A DNA stretch of 64,000 bases from Gammaproteobacteria bacterium (GTDB taxonomy: Bacteria > Pseudomonadota > Gammaproteobacteria > Arenicellales > Poriferihabitantaceae). The stretch's first letter is position 1. Each line of letters opens with the position of its first letter. The translations under genes were made by a program, and so were the position numbers. Shown here piece after piece: positions 45,255 through 54,744 of this stretch. The DNA is taken from assembly GCA_028817405.1 (NCBI GenBank), contig JAPPPS010000006.1, positions 2,863 to 66,862 of the forward strand, given 5' to 3'. The notes beneath the pieces are model-generated. The model was not told the origin of the DNA. It made no database searches and saw nothing but the letters and a program-made list of their open reading frames with translations.

Positions 45255-45323
45255 ACGCCGGTTTGACAACCGCAACCGAAACACCGTATCCTCCGCGGTA
45301 AACCATCCGCAGCAAGATTTCCC

Positions 45324-45545
45324 ATGACTAAACTGCTGAAACAAGCGTTTGACCAAGTGTCGAACCTCCCGCCGGCGGAGCAGAATGCTTTTGCCGAGCG
45401 CATTTTGCATGAACTGCGCATGGACGCGCAGTGGGACAAAACGCTCGAAGAGTCGGCCGATGCGCTGGCGCAACTGGCCGCCGATGCGCTCGACCAGCAT
45501 GAACGCGGCGAAACCGCGTTGCTCGACATCAAGCGGCTGGCGTAG
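45324..45545 (+). CDS. putative antitoxin
   Basis: 73-aa acidic protein (MTKLLKQAF...LP..EQ...WD) directly upstream of a RelE-like gene. Confidence 0.7.
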   Translation: MTKLLKQAFDQVSNLPPAEQNAFAERILHELRMDAQWDKTLEESADALAQLAADALDQHERGETALLDIKRLA

Positions 45546-45548
45546 CGC

Positions 45549-45824
45549 GTGTTGCAATCGTATACCGCGCCGCAGTTCTGGCGGCACCACGCGAATCTGC
45601 CGCAACCTGTCAAGGCGCATGCCAAGAGGCGTTATGTGTTGTTCATGACGAATCCGAACCATCCCAGTTTGAAGTTCAAAGCCATTCGGCGGTTGCCGCA
45701 TGTGTATTCGGTGCGCATCAGCGATGATTACCGGGCGCTCGGCGTCCGCAAGCGCAACGAAATAACATGGTTTTGGATTGGTTCGCACACCGACTACACG
45801 GCGCTCATCAAACGCCTGCGATGA
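45549..45824 (+). CDS. RelE/ParE-superfamily toxin
   Basis: FW.....LP......A...Y.LF..NPNHPSLKFK, YSVRI..DYRALG, WFWIGSH.DY. Confidence 0.85.
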   Translation: MLQSYTAPQFWRHHANLPQPVKAHAKRRYVLFMTNPNHPSLKFKAIRRLPHVYSVRISDDYRALGVRKRNEITWFWIGSHTDYTALIKRLR

Positions 45825-45845
45825 ACGCGACACTTCGATAATCCC

Positions 45846-46844
45846 ATGTTCCGTTATGTTTTCAAACGCCTCGCGGTGATGCTTCCCACGCTGGTGGTGA
45901 TTAGTTTCATCATCTTCGTGATTATCCAACTGCCGCCGGGGGATTATCTGGAGACGCATATCGCCGAACTGGAGAGCCAGGGCGAGTCGGTGGACCCGGA
46001 GAAAATCGAGTTCCTGCGCCGGCAATACGGACTCGACCAGCCGTTTGCGGTGCAGTATGTCAGATGGGTCGGCGGGTTTTTCCACGGCGACTGGGGTTAT
46101 TCGTTTGAGCATGACTTGCCGGTGCGCGAAGTCATCGGCGACCGCCTCTGGCTGACCATCTTGGTGTCCATCGCCACCATCATTTTCACCTGGATTATCG
46201 CCTTCCCCATCGGCATTTACTCGGCCACGCATCAGTACAGTTGGGGCGACTACGGCCTCACCCTGCTCGGCTTCATCGGCTTGGCAACGCCGAACTTTCT
46301 TCTGGCGTTGGTTATGCTCTATCTCGCCAACATCTGGTTTGGCACTTCCATCGGCGGCTTGATGGACCCGCAGTATCTCGACCAGCCATGGAGTTGGGGC
46401 AAGGTGGCGTCGGTGCTGGAGCATTTATGGATTCCGGTGGTGGTCATCGGCACCGCCGGCACCGCCGGCATGATTCGCCGCCTGCGCGCCAACCTTCTCG
46501 ACGAACTGGAAAAGCAGTATGTTCTCACCGGCAAGGCGAAGGGTTTGCCGCCGGCCAAGTTGCTGGTGAAATACCCGCTGCGCGCGGCATTGAACTTCTT
46601 CATCGCCGACATCGGTTCGCTGCTGCCGAGCGTCATCTCCGGCGCCGAAATCGTCGCCATCGTATTGTCGCTGCCGACCACCGGCCCGATGCTTTTATCC
46701 GCGCTGCAGAGTCAGGACATGTATCTCGCCGGCACCTTCCTGCTGTTCCTCGCGCTGCTCACCGTGGTCGGTCTCCTTATCTCCGATTTGTTGTTGGCGT
46801 GGCTCGACCCGCGCATCCGCCTGCAGGGGGCGGCGGTGCAATGA
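45846..46844 (+). CDS. peptide/nickel-family ABC transporter permease (OppB/DppB-like)
   Basis: LPPGD, YGLDQP..VQY..W, EAA-loop-like YVLTGKAKGLP. Confidence 0.92.
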   Translation: MFRYVFKRLAVMLPTLVVISFIIFVIIQLPPGDYLETHIAELESQGESVDPEKIEFLRRQYGLDQPFAVQYVRWVGGFFHGDWGYSFEHDLPVREVIGDRLWLTILVSIATIIFTWIIAFPIGIYSATHQYSWGDYGLTLLGFIGLATPNFLLALVMLYLANIWFGTSIGGLMDPQYLDQPWSWGKVASVLEHLWIPVVVIGTAGTAGMIRRLRANLLDELEKQYVLTGKAKGLPPAKLLVKYPLRAALNFFIADIGSLLPSVISGAEIVAIVLSLPTTGPMLLSALQSQDMYLAGTFLLFLALLTVVGLLISDLLLAWLDPRIRLQGAAVQ

Positions 46845-48079
46845 ACGCGCATAACACCGGCCGCGACGTCGATAACAACACCGACCCCGGCGCTGAAAGA
46901 AACATGGACCGCGGCGCCGCGCGCAACAACGCGCGCGACGAACATTATGTCTCCGACGCGCCGTTCGACCCGCATTCGGTCGAGCGGTTGACCGCTGACC
47001 AGGAAAAATATTTCTTCGCCTCGCGCCGCCAACTGATGTGGTGGAAGTTCAAGCGGCATAAAGTCGCGGTCACCTGCGGTTTCATTCTTCTGGCGTTGTA
47101 TACCTCGACGCTCATCTCCGAATTCATCGCGCCGTACAACTTGCACTCGCGCGACACGCATCACATCTACGCGCCGCCGCAGGGTTTGCATTTGTTTCAC
47201 CGCGGCCAATGGGTCGGCCCGTTCGTCTACGGCTATGACTACCGTCTCAACCTCGACAACTTGAAGCGCGAATACATCGCCAACCCGGACAAGGTGCAAC
47301 GCTTGCGTTTCTTTTGCAGCGGCGACGCGTACCGATTCTGGGGGCGCATCGACATGGACTTCCACTTCGTCTGCCCGGCCGAAGACGGCACATTGTTTTT
47401 GCTCGGCACCGACCGCTTGGGCCGCGACATGTTCTCGCGCGTGGTCTACGGCGCGCGCATCTCGCTGCTCATCGGCTTGGTCGGCATCGCCGCCAGTTTG
47501 TTTCTCGGCCTGCTGCTCGGCGGCTTGGCTGGTTACTACGGCGGCTGGGTCGACTCCGGCATTCAGCGTCTCATCGAAATCTTAAGGTCGTTCCCGGAAC
47601 TGCCGTTGTGGATGGCGTTGTCGGCGATTTTGCCGGTGACATGGAGTCCGATTCTGGTGTTCTTCGGCATCACTTTAATCTTGGCGCTGCTGGACTGGAC
47701 CGGCCTGGCGCGCGCGGTGCGTTCCAAACTGTTGGCGCTGCGCGAGGAGGACTACTGCGCCGCGGCCCGCCTGCTCGGCGCGCGCCCGAAGCGCATCATC
47801 GCCCGCCACCTGCTGCCCGGTTTCGCCAGCCACATCATCGCCTCGGCCACGCTGTCGATTCCCGGCATGATCCTCGGCGAAACCGCGCTGTCGTTCCTCG
47901 GCCTCGGCCTGCGCCCGCCCATCACCAGTTGGGGCGTGCTGTTGAACGAAGCGCAAAACATGAATGTCGTGGCGTTGTATCCGTGGCTGATTCTGCCGGT
48001 GGTGCCGGTCATCATTATCATCCTCGCGTTCAACTTCTTCGGCGACGGCCTGCGCGACGCGGCCGACCCGTATAAATAG
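46841..48079 (+). CDS. peptide/nickel-family ABC transporter permease (OppC/DppC-like)
   Basis: LGTDRLGRDMFSR..YGARISL, ETALSFLGLG, GDGLRDAADP. Confidence 0.92.
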   Translation: MNAHNTGRDVDNNTDPGAERNMDRGAARNNARDEHYVSDAPFDPHSVERLTADQEKYFFASRRQLMWWKFKRHKVAVTCGFILLALYTSTLISEFIAPYNLHSRDTHHIYAPPQGLHLFHRGQWVGPFVYGYDYRLNLDNLKREYIANPDKVQRLRFFCSGDAYRFWGRIDMDFHFVCPAEDGTLFLLGTDRLGRDMFSRVVYGARISLLIGLVGIAASLFLGLLLGGLAGYYGGWVDSGIQRLIEILRSFPELPLWMALSAILPVTWSPILVFFGITLILALLDWTGLARAVRSKLLALREEDYCAAARLLGARPKRIIARHLLPGFASHIIASATLSIPGMILGETALSFLGLGLRPPITSWGVLLNEAQNMNVVALYPWLILPVVPVIIIILAFNFFGDGLRDAADPYK

Positions 48080-48142
48080 CAAAAACGCGCAAACAAATCG
48101 CGCGGCGCGAAGCGTCGCGCAATTAAGTACCGGCGCGAGGGG

Positions 48143-48371
48143 CCGTCATTCCGTGCGGTTGGAAAACAAGGAGCGCAGCGCCACTGTTTTCCTCCGATAC
48201 GGAATCCAGAGTCTTTAATTGAACCAGCGAATAATCGAACCAAAGACTCTGGACTCCGGTTGTCACCGGAGTGGCAGTGGTGGCGGCGCCAGCGATTCAA
48301 ACCGGCATCGTCGAGTCGGCAAATTTGCCATCCTTGGCGTCTGGATTCCCGCGTCCCAGCGGGAATGACGG
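48143..48371. repeat. composite REP/RS3-like palindromic element
   Basis: ccgtcattccgtgc...acggaatccagagtcttt / aaagactctggactccgg..ccggagtggc / ...tctggattcccgc..gcgggaatgacgg; 48325-48371 is the reverse complement of a near-copy of 554-600. Confidence 0.8.
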
Positions 48372-48394
48372 CGCTTCGCGCCGCCACACCCACA

Positions 48395-48462
48395 GTTCCC
48401 CCCACCCGCTACGCCCTCAGTCCACCCCACCGCCACGCCCGCAATCTGTTGAGCGGGCGTCA
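48395..48462. repeat. second dispersed repeat, inverted copy at about 52735-52780
   Basis: ccccccacccgctacgccc...gcaatctgttgagcgggcg versus reverse complement of cgcccgctcaacagactgcgggcgtagcgggtggggg. Confidence 0.7.
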
Positions 48463-48612
48463 GCCCCCCGCTCGTGGGCGGAGCAAGCGCATCTTTCCGC
48501 CATTCTGGGCTTGACACGGGACCGGAAAATTTCTTTTCCAGACCGCTTGACACCGCCGCCGGAATGGGTATTATCCCGCTTGCGATTATTCTTGCGGTGA
48601 GCGCAAGGTGGC

Positions 48613-48852
48613 GTGACTCCAATTATGCCGATGAACCACAAATTCTACGACCGGATTTTCCCGAGACAGGGGAAGAGAGCGTTTCTTGCGCTGCTTGCCG
48701 ATGAGGATAAGTATCGCCAATCGAGGTATTGTGCGCCATGTCGTGCCATCAGGCGCGCGTGGAAAAAAGTAAAACCGAGTGTCTGGAAATGGGTGTCCGG
48801 GGTGTCGGTGGCTGTGGCAAGCTTATTTTTGTACGATTTCATGACGCGGTGA
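48613..48852 (+). CDS. small hypothetical protein with C-terminal hydrophobic segment
   Basis: 79-aa ORF ending WVSGVSVAVASLFLY; TTGACA-containing upstream region; no recognised family. Confidence 0.3.
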   Translation: MTPIMPMNHKFYDRIFPRQGKRAFLALLADEDKYRQSRYCAPCRAIRRAWKKVKPSVWKWVSGVSVAVASLFLYDFMTR

Positions 48853-48889
48853 TGCCGCATTTAGTTCAATCCCGCCTGGGTGCGGTTTT

Positions 48890-50164
48890 TTATTCCACCG
48901 GCTCCAACCGTAACAACCGGCCGCGGCGTGCGTCGGTGATGAGGTACAGGTAACCGTCCGGGCCGTTCGCCACATCGCGGATGCGCGCGATGCCGTCGAG
49001 TAAAACTTCTTGCGCCGTCACCGTGTCGCCGCGCATTTCCAGCCGGCGCAAGTGCCGCAACTTTAGCGCGCCGACAAACAAATCGCCGCGCCAGTTGGGG
49101 AACTTGTCGCCGTGGTAAAACGCCATGCCGCTCGGCGCGATGGACGGCGACCAGTAAACCACCGGCTGCTGCATGCCCGGCGCATGCGTTTGGTCGGAAA
49201 TAATTCTGCCGCTGTAATCGATGCCGTAGGTAATCGCGGGCCAGCCGTAGTTGGCGCCGGGTTTGTCGAGTTTGTTGACTTCGTCGCCGCCGCGCGGGCC
49301 GTGTTCGTGCATCCAAACGGTGTTATCGAGCGGGCGCAGCGCGATGCCCTGGCCGTTGCGGTGGCCGTAGGAATAAATTTCCGGCTTGGCATCGTCGCGC
49401 GCGGTGAAAGGATTGTCGGCCGGCGTCGAACCGTCGTCGTTGAGTCGCAGCACCGTACCCAAATGATTGGACCGGTCCTGCGCGTCGTGCAAGCGGTGAC
49501 GGCGGTCGCCGGTGGTGATAAACAATGAACCGTCGGCGGCGAACAACAAGCGCGAACCGTAATGCCCGGTCCCCCGCGTTTTCGGCGTGGCGGTGAAAAT
49601 CGTCTGCAAGTTTTCCAGCGCATAACCGCGCAGTTGTCCGCGCGCTACCTCCGTGCCGGCCCCGCCCGGCCCGCTTCCCGAATAGGAAACATACACCAAA
49701 CGGTTGCGCGCGAAGTTTGGATGCACTGCGACATCCAGCAAGCCGCCTTGGCCGCCGAAAGCGATGTTGTCCGGCAAGCCGGTAACCGGCCGCGGGTCGA
49801 GTTTGCCGCCGCTGACACCGTCGATGTCGCGGATACCGCGAACTAAGTTGATGTCGCGGATGCCGCGAACCAAGCGCAACCGCCCTTTGACCTTTTCGGT
49901 CACTAACAAGTCGCCGTTCGGCAAAAACGCCATGCCCCATGGATAATGCAAGCCGGTCGCCACCACGCGCACGCGAAACTTTTCTTGCTCGGATGGAACG
50001 ACATCGGCATGTGCAAACGATGCGACGCATGCTAATAACGCGGCGGCAATTCCAACAGCGCGACCGGCGCGACCGACGCGACCGATGCATGCGAACCGGC
50101 AACGAATGAAACGCCGAGTCGGTTGATAAATTTTCATATCAAACATGCATTGAACATGCGTCAA
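48890..50164 (-). CDS. PQQ-dependent soluble aldose sugar dehydrogenase (YliI/GdhB family)
   Basis: GL.YPWGMAFLP, GQGGLLDV, YSYGHRNGQG, EHGPRGGDEVN, PSIAPSGM; signal peptide; start uncertain. Confidence 0.93.
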   Translation of the reverse strand: MTHVQCMFDMKIYQPTRRFIRCRFACIGRVGRAGRAVGIAAALLACVASFAHADVVPSEQEKFRVRVVATGLHYPWGMAFLPNGDLLVTEKVKGRLRLVRGIRDINLVRGIRDIDGVSGGKLDPRPVTGLPDNIAFGGQGGLLDVAVHPNFARNRLVYVSYSGSGPGGAGTEVARGQLRGYALENLQTIFTATPKTRGTGHYGSRLLFAADGSLFITTGDRRHRLHDAQDRSNHLGTVLRLNDDGSTPADNPFTARDDAKPEIYSYGHRNGQGIALRPLDNTVWMHEHGPRGGDEVNKLDKPGANYGWPAITYGIDYSGRIISDQTHAPGMQQPVVYWSPSIAPSGMAFYHGDKFPNWRGDLFVGALKLRHLRRLEMRGDTVTAQEVLLDGIARIRDVANGPDGYLYLITDARRGRLLRLEPVE

Positions 50165-50303
50165 ACATGCATCGTTAACCGCGCGCCGATTGATGACGCG
50201 CGCGCGGCCGAGGTTGCGGCAAAATAACCGATAACTTCCATCATTTCCACCGCGCTTTATCGACTACACTTTCCGCTTCAAGTTCCGCAAACAACCGTTC
50301 GAC

Positions 50304-51860
50304 ATGAAAGGAGCCGTCGCGGCCGGCCACCGCCTAACCGCCGGGGCCGCCGCCGAAATTTTGCGCGCCGGCGGCAACGCTTTCGACGCCGCCGTCGGCG
50401 GATTCTTCGCCGCCTGCGTGGCCGAGCCGGCGCTGGCGTCGCTCGGCGGCGGCGGTTATCTCCTTGCGCGCGAGCGCGGCGGACGCGCAAGCGTGTTCGA
50501 CTTCTTCACCCACACGCCCGGCGCCGGCCCGCGCTCCCGCGACCTCGACTTTTACCCGGTCACGGTTGACTTCGGCGCGGCCCGGCAAGTGTTTCACATC
50601 GGCCTCGGCGCATGCGCGGCGCCGGGCGCAGTGCGCGGTATGTTCGCGGTTCACCGCGACTTGGGCAAGTTGCCGATGAACGAATTGATTCGACCGGCGG
50701 TCGAGTTGGCGCGCGGCGGCGTGGCGGTCAACCGCTTTCAATCGTATCTGCTGGAGTTGCTCGCTCCCATCTTCCGCACCGAGTCAGCGTTGCCGCTGTA
50801 CGCCGGCGCCGCGCCGGACAAACTGCTGCAACCCGGCGATGTGTTTCATAACCCGCCGTTGGCAGATGCGCTGGAAGCGTTGGCGGCGGAAGGCGATGCG
50901 TTGTTCTACGAAGGCGATTTAGGCAAGCGCATCGTCCGCGCCTGCAGCGATGGCGGCGGTTATCTAACCCGCGACGATTTAAAAAACTACCGCGCATACC
51001 GTCGCGCGCCGCTGCTCGCCGACTACCGCGGCCGGCGATTGGCGACCAACCCCGCGCCGGCCGCCGGCGGCTTGTTGGTCGCTTTCGGTTTGGAGTTTTT
51101 GAAGACGGTCGAGTTGGGCAAACGCGGTTTTGAATTCGGTAGCATCGCGGCAGTGAAAGCGTTGAGCGACGCGCAACTTGCGACTTGCCGCTTGCGGGAC
51201 GGTGGCGACGGTGACGGTAACTTCGGCGACGACGGTGAACTCGACAACGCGATGCGAGACCCGCAACGCATGCAACAATACCGCGAACAATACCGCCGCG
51301 TGCAAACTCGTACGCATGCGCGGCGCGGCACCACGCATATCAGCGTCATCGATGCCGCGCGCAACATCGCATCGCTGAGCGTCTCCAACGGCGAAGGCTG
51401 CGGCCGCGTGGTCGACGGCTTCATGCTCAACAACATGTTGGGCGAGGAAGATGTCAACCCGCGCGGCTTTCACAAGTGGCGGCCGAATCAACGCATGGCG
51501 TCGATGATGGCGCCGAGCGTCATCGCCGACCGCGGCGCGCTCACCGCGCTCGGCTCCGGCGGCTCCAACCGCATCCGCAGCGCGCTGCTGCAAGTCATCA
51601 GCAACTTGGCTGACTTCCGCATGGATGCGGCGGCCGCGGTCGCCGCCCCGCGCCTGCATGTCGAAGGCGCTCAGTTGCGCATGGAAGCCGGCTTCCCCGC
51701 GGCGACGATTAACGCCGCCACGCGCGACCTTGGTGACCACCGCGTGTTCAACGAGCCGCACATGTTCTTCGGCGGCGTCCACCTCGCGCAAGTCACCCGC
51801 CACGGCAAACTATCCGCCATCGGCGACCCCCGAAGAGACGGCGCGGGGGTGGTGGTTTAG
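50304..51860 (+). CDS. gamma-glutamyltransferase family protein
   Basis: GGNAFDAAV, SLGGGG, TTHISV nucleophile, LNNMLGE, ALGSGGSNRI, DPRRDG. Confidence 0.92.
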   Translation: MKGAVAAGHRLTAGAAAEILRAGGNAFDAAVGGFFAACVAEPALASLGGGGYLLARERGGRASVFDFFTHTPGAGPRSRDLDFYPVTVDFGAARQVFHIGLGACAAPGAVRGMFAVHRDLGKLPMNELIRPAVELARGGVAVNRFQSYLLELLAPIFRTESALPLYAGAAPDKLLQPGDVFHNPPLADALEALAAEGDALFYEGDLGKRIVRACSDGGGYLTRDDLKNYRAYRRAPLLADYRGRRLATNPAPAAGGLLVAFGLEFLKTVELGKRGFEFGSIAAVKALSDAQLATCRLRDGGDGDGNFGDDGELDNAMRDPQRMQQYREQYRRVQTRTHARRGTTHISVIDAARNIASLSVSNGEGCGRVVDGFMLNNMLGEEDVNPRGFHKWRPNQRMASMMAPSVIADRGALTALGSGGSNRIRSALLQVISNLADFRMDAAAAVAAPRLHVEGAQLRMEAGFPAATINAATRDLGDHRVFNEPHMFFGGVHLAQVTRHGKLSAIGDPRRDGAGVVV

Positions 51861-51863
51861 GGG

Positions 51864-52565
51864 TTATTGTTCAGCGGTTTTTTGATGCGCTTGAAGCCAT
51901 TCGGATGCTTGTCGTTTGGCTTTGGTGATATGTCTGCGTGACATCTCAACATCCAGTATGTCGAGATTCTTTATGGCGCTTTCTTCTCCTTGCACAGCGG
52001 CCAAACTAAACCATTTATAAGCCGCTATGTCGTCTTTCGGCAAGGTGATGCCATCGGTATACATCACGCCGAGGAAGGCTTGCGCCACCGCATCGCCTTG
52101 TTCAGCGGCCTTGCGCCACCAGTGTACCGCTTGTTCGGAATCCCTTAACACACTTTCGCCGTTTTTATACATCAAGCCGAGATTGCATTGCGCTCCCGCG
52201 TTGCCTTGCTCGGCGGCCTTGCGCCACCACCGCAATGCTTGCGCACCATCTCTTGGCACGCCTTCGCCGTTTTTATACATCAGGCCGAGATTGCATTGCG
52301 CCGCGGCGTCGCCCTGCTCGGCGGCTTTGCGACACCAGTGCGCGGACTGCGCATCATCTTTTGCTACGCCTTCGCCGTGGTAATACATCGTGCCGAGAAT
52401 GCGTTGCGCCGCCGCGTCGCCTTGCTCGGCCGCTTTGCGACACCAGTGCGCGGCTTGCGCATCATCTTTTACCACGCCTTCGCCGTGGTAATACACCGCG
52501 CCGAGATTGAATTGCGCTTCCACATCGCCCTTTTCGGCGCGAAGTTTCAGGTCATTTATGTTCAT
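51864..52565 (-). CDS. Sel1-like repeat protein
   Basis: About five AQ.NLG.MY..GEGV..D..QA..W.RKAAEQG repeats; N-terminus MNINDLKLRAEKG paralogous to the gene at 1-462. Confidence 0.95.
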   Translation of the reverse strand: MNINDLKLRAEKGDVEAQFNLGAVYYHGEGVVKDDAQAAHWCRKAAEQGDAAAQRILGTMYYHGEGVAKDDAQSAHWCRKAAEQGDAAAQCNLGLMYKNGEGVPRDGAQALRWWRKAAEQGNAGAQCNLGLMYKNGESVLRDSEQAVHWWRKAAEQGDAVAQAFLGVMYTDGITLPKDDIAAYKWFSLAAVQGEESAIKNLDILDVEMSRRHITKAKRQASEWLQAHQKTAEQ

Positions 52566-52833
52566 CAGATGTTTTGCTTCGAGAATGTTCGCCAAAACGG
52601 CGGGAACTGGACGGGCATTATGACCGTTCCCCGTCTTCACTGTCAATTCCCGCGGGCGACGGTTTTGCCGCAACAAAGGGCTTGCGCTCGCGTCCAGCAG
52701 TATCTTTTGGCAGGGATGACAAGAAAAAAACACCGGGCGCCCGCTCAACAGACTGCGGGCGTAGCGGGTGGGGGGACCGCGGACGCGGAGAAGAACTGTC
52801 AGTCCGGCAAAGACAGCGGCAACACCGTCGCGG

Positions 52834-53610
52834 TTACTCGTCTTGCGCCAGCAAGAATCGTTTGAGCGGCGGCAGGACGCGTTGCGGGGATTCCAGCAGG
52901 ACGGCGTGTTTTAGGTTGTCGAGAATTACCAGTTCGGCGTTTGGCAAGGCGCGGGCGATGGCGCGGTTCAGGCGCGGCGGGCAGCCGCCATCGAGTGCGC
53001 CGGTCAGCGCCAGGCACGGGCAGCCGACTTCGCCTAACCACGCCGCCATTTCGGTCTGCGCGTAGAGTCGGAACACTTCCCGGAACACCGCCGGCGGGGT
53101 GTCGATGATTTGCCGGATGCGCGCGTCGATGACCGCCGGTTCGGCTTGGATGAACGCGTCGGTGAACCACCGCGCGACGAATGCATCGAGCGCCGATTCG
53201 ACACCGTGCGCGCGCATGGTTTCGCCGAGCGATTGCAATCGCGCGCGGTCATCGGCGGTGCGGAAGGCGGCGGTACTGATGAGCGCGGCCGAGCGCGCGC
53301 GCTTTGGATGCCGGCGCGCGTACGCCGGCGCAATCATGCCGCCCAATGAATGCCCGGCGATGTGAATCGCCGCGTGGCCCAAGCGCCGGCGCAACGCTTC
53401 CACATCATCGACCAGTTGCGCCAGCGAATAGGGCGGCGGCGGCGCGGCGCTGTTGCCGTGGCCGCGCAAGTCGAATCGCACGCAGGTGAAGTGCGCGGTC
53501 AAACCCGGCACGATGCCATCCCAGGCGCTGTGGCGCGCGCCGATGCCGTGAATCAAATACAACGGCGGGCCGCGGCCGTCGACTTGATAGTGCAAATCAA
53601 CCGCGTTCAT
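52834..53610 (-). CDS. alpha/beta hydrolase (PcaD enol-lactone hydrolase-like)
   Basis: HGIG, DLRGHG, GHSLGG nucleophile elbow. Confidence 0.88.
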   Translation of the reverse strand: MNAVDLHYQVDGRGPPLYLIHGIGARHSAWDGIVPGLTAHFTCVRFDLRGHGNSAAPPPPYSLAQLVDDVEALRRRLGHAAIHIAGHSLGGMIAPAYARRHPKRARSAALISTAAFRTADDRARLQSLGETMRAHGVESALDAFVARWFTDAFIQAEPAVIDARIRQIIDTPPAVFREVFRLYAQTEMAAWLGEVGCPCLALTGALDGGCPPRLNRAIARALPNAELVILDNLKHAVLLESPQRVLPPLKRFLLAQDE

Positions 53611-54667
53611 GTTGACGCGCCGGCGCCGGCGAATCAGCGCAACATTTGGCGACGGTGAAGTGCGGCATCACTTCCTCGGCGAAGCGTTGAATCGACTCCA
53701 GCGTCTCGGTCTGGCCGGCGCCGAAGTTGACATTGAGAATGAAACGGTCGACGCCGGCCTCGGCGTATGGCATGAGTTGTTCAACCATTTCCGGCGCGGT
53801 GCAGATGTGCAAGTTGCGCGCGGTCTCTTCGATTGGCGCGCGGCGCGGCAACGGCGCAATCAAACCGCGCTCGACGATGCCGGGGCCGTCGAATACATTA
53901 TCGAACTGGCCGTAGTAATGATGCGCGAGTTTGGTTTTGGCGCGCGCATCGGTCTCATCCGCGGCCGCGAACGCGACTCGCGACAACGACAAAGTCAACG
54001 CCTCGCCGCGGTCGCCGGCTTCGACTCGGCCGCGGTGAAACGCATCGACTTGCTCAAGCATGCGCCGGCGGTCGCCGGACAGCGGCGTGGTTTGGATGTG
54101 AAAACCGCGACGCGCGCAGTGGTAGATGGCCTCCGGCGCCAGCGCGCTCAGCATCATCGGCGGGCCGCCGGCGGTGGCCGGGCGCGGCATGATGGTCAGC
54201 GGCGCGAACTGATAGTATTTACCGTCCCACGACACTTCCTCCTCACTAAGCAACTTCTGCAGCACCGTCAGCGACTCGTCGAACTTCTCGCGACTGTCGG
54301 CAAGCGGCACACCCATGCGTTCCATCTCAAACGCAAACGCGCCGCGTCCGACGCCGGCCAACAATCGGCCGTCGGTGAAGATGTCGGCGCACACCAATTG
54401 CCCGGCCAGGACGCGCATGTCGTGCAGCGGCAGCACCAGCACCGAGGTGATGATGTTGACGCGCGCGGTGACGGCGGCGATTTTTACCGCAAACTGCAGC
54501 GGCGCCGGCATCAGGAGAATGTTGATTAGATGATGCTCGGTAACCGACACCGAATCGAAACCGAGGCAGTCGGCAAGCGCCGCCTGGTCGAGCATGTTTT
54601 GGTATAATCGCCGCCCGCCCAACCGATGGTCGGGGCAGTAGGCGGACAGTTGAATGCAAAAATTCAT
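53597..54667 (-). CDS. luciferase-like (LLM class) flavin monooxygenase
   Basis: GFDSVSVTEHH, GRL..GVGRG, RFAEEVMPHF. Confidence 0.9.
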   Translation of the reverse strand: MNFCIQLSAYCPDHRLGGRRLYQNMLDQAALADCLGFDSVSVTEHHLINILLMPAPLQFAVKIAAVTARVNIITSVLVLPLHDMRVLAGQLVCADIFTDGRLLAGVGRGAFAFEMERMGVPLADSREKFDESLTVLQKLLSEEEVSWDGKYYQFAPLTIMPRPATAGGPPMMLSALAPEAIYHCARRGFHIQTTPLSGDRRRMLEQVDAFHRGRVEAGDRGEALTLSLSRVAFAAADETDARAKTKLAHHYYGQFDNVFDGPGIVERGLIAPLPRRAPIEETARNLHICTAPEMVEQLMPYAEAGVDRFILNVNFGAGQTETLESIQRFAEEVMPHFTVAKCCADSPAPARQHERG

Positions 54668-54744
54668 CGTCGCGCATTATTCCGCATCAGCCGCGGGATA
54701 ACAACGCGCCGCCGCCATGAACGCCATTAAATTCACCGTCGAAC

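Noticed and set aside
40038-46424. Long minus-strand ORFs (40038-41759, 44790-46424)
   Set aside because: Antisense shadows of sat, the MTase and the permease, with no recognisable motifs.
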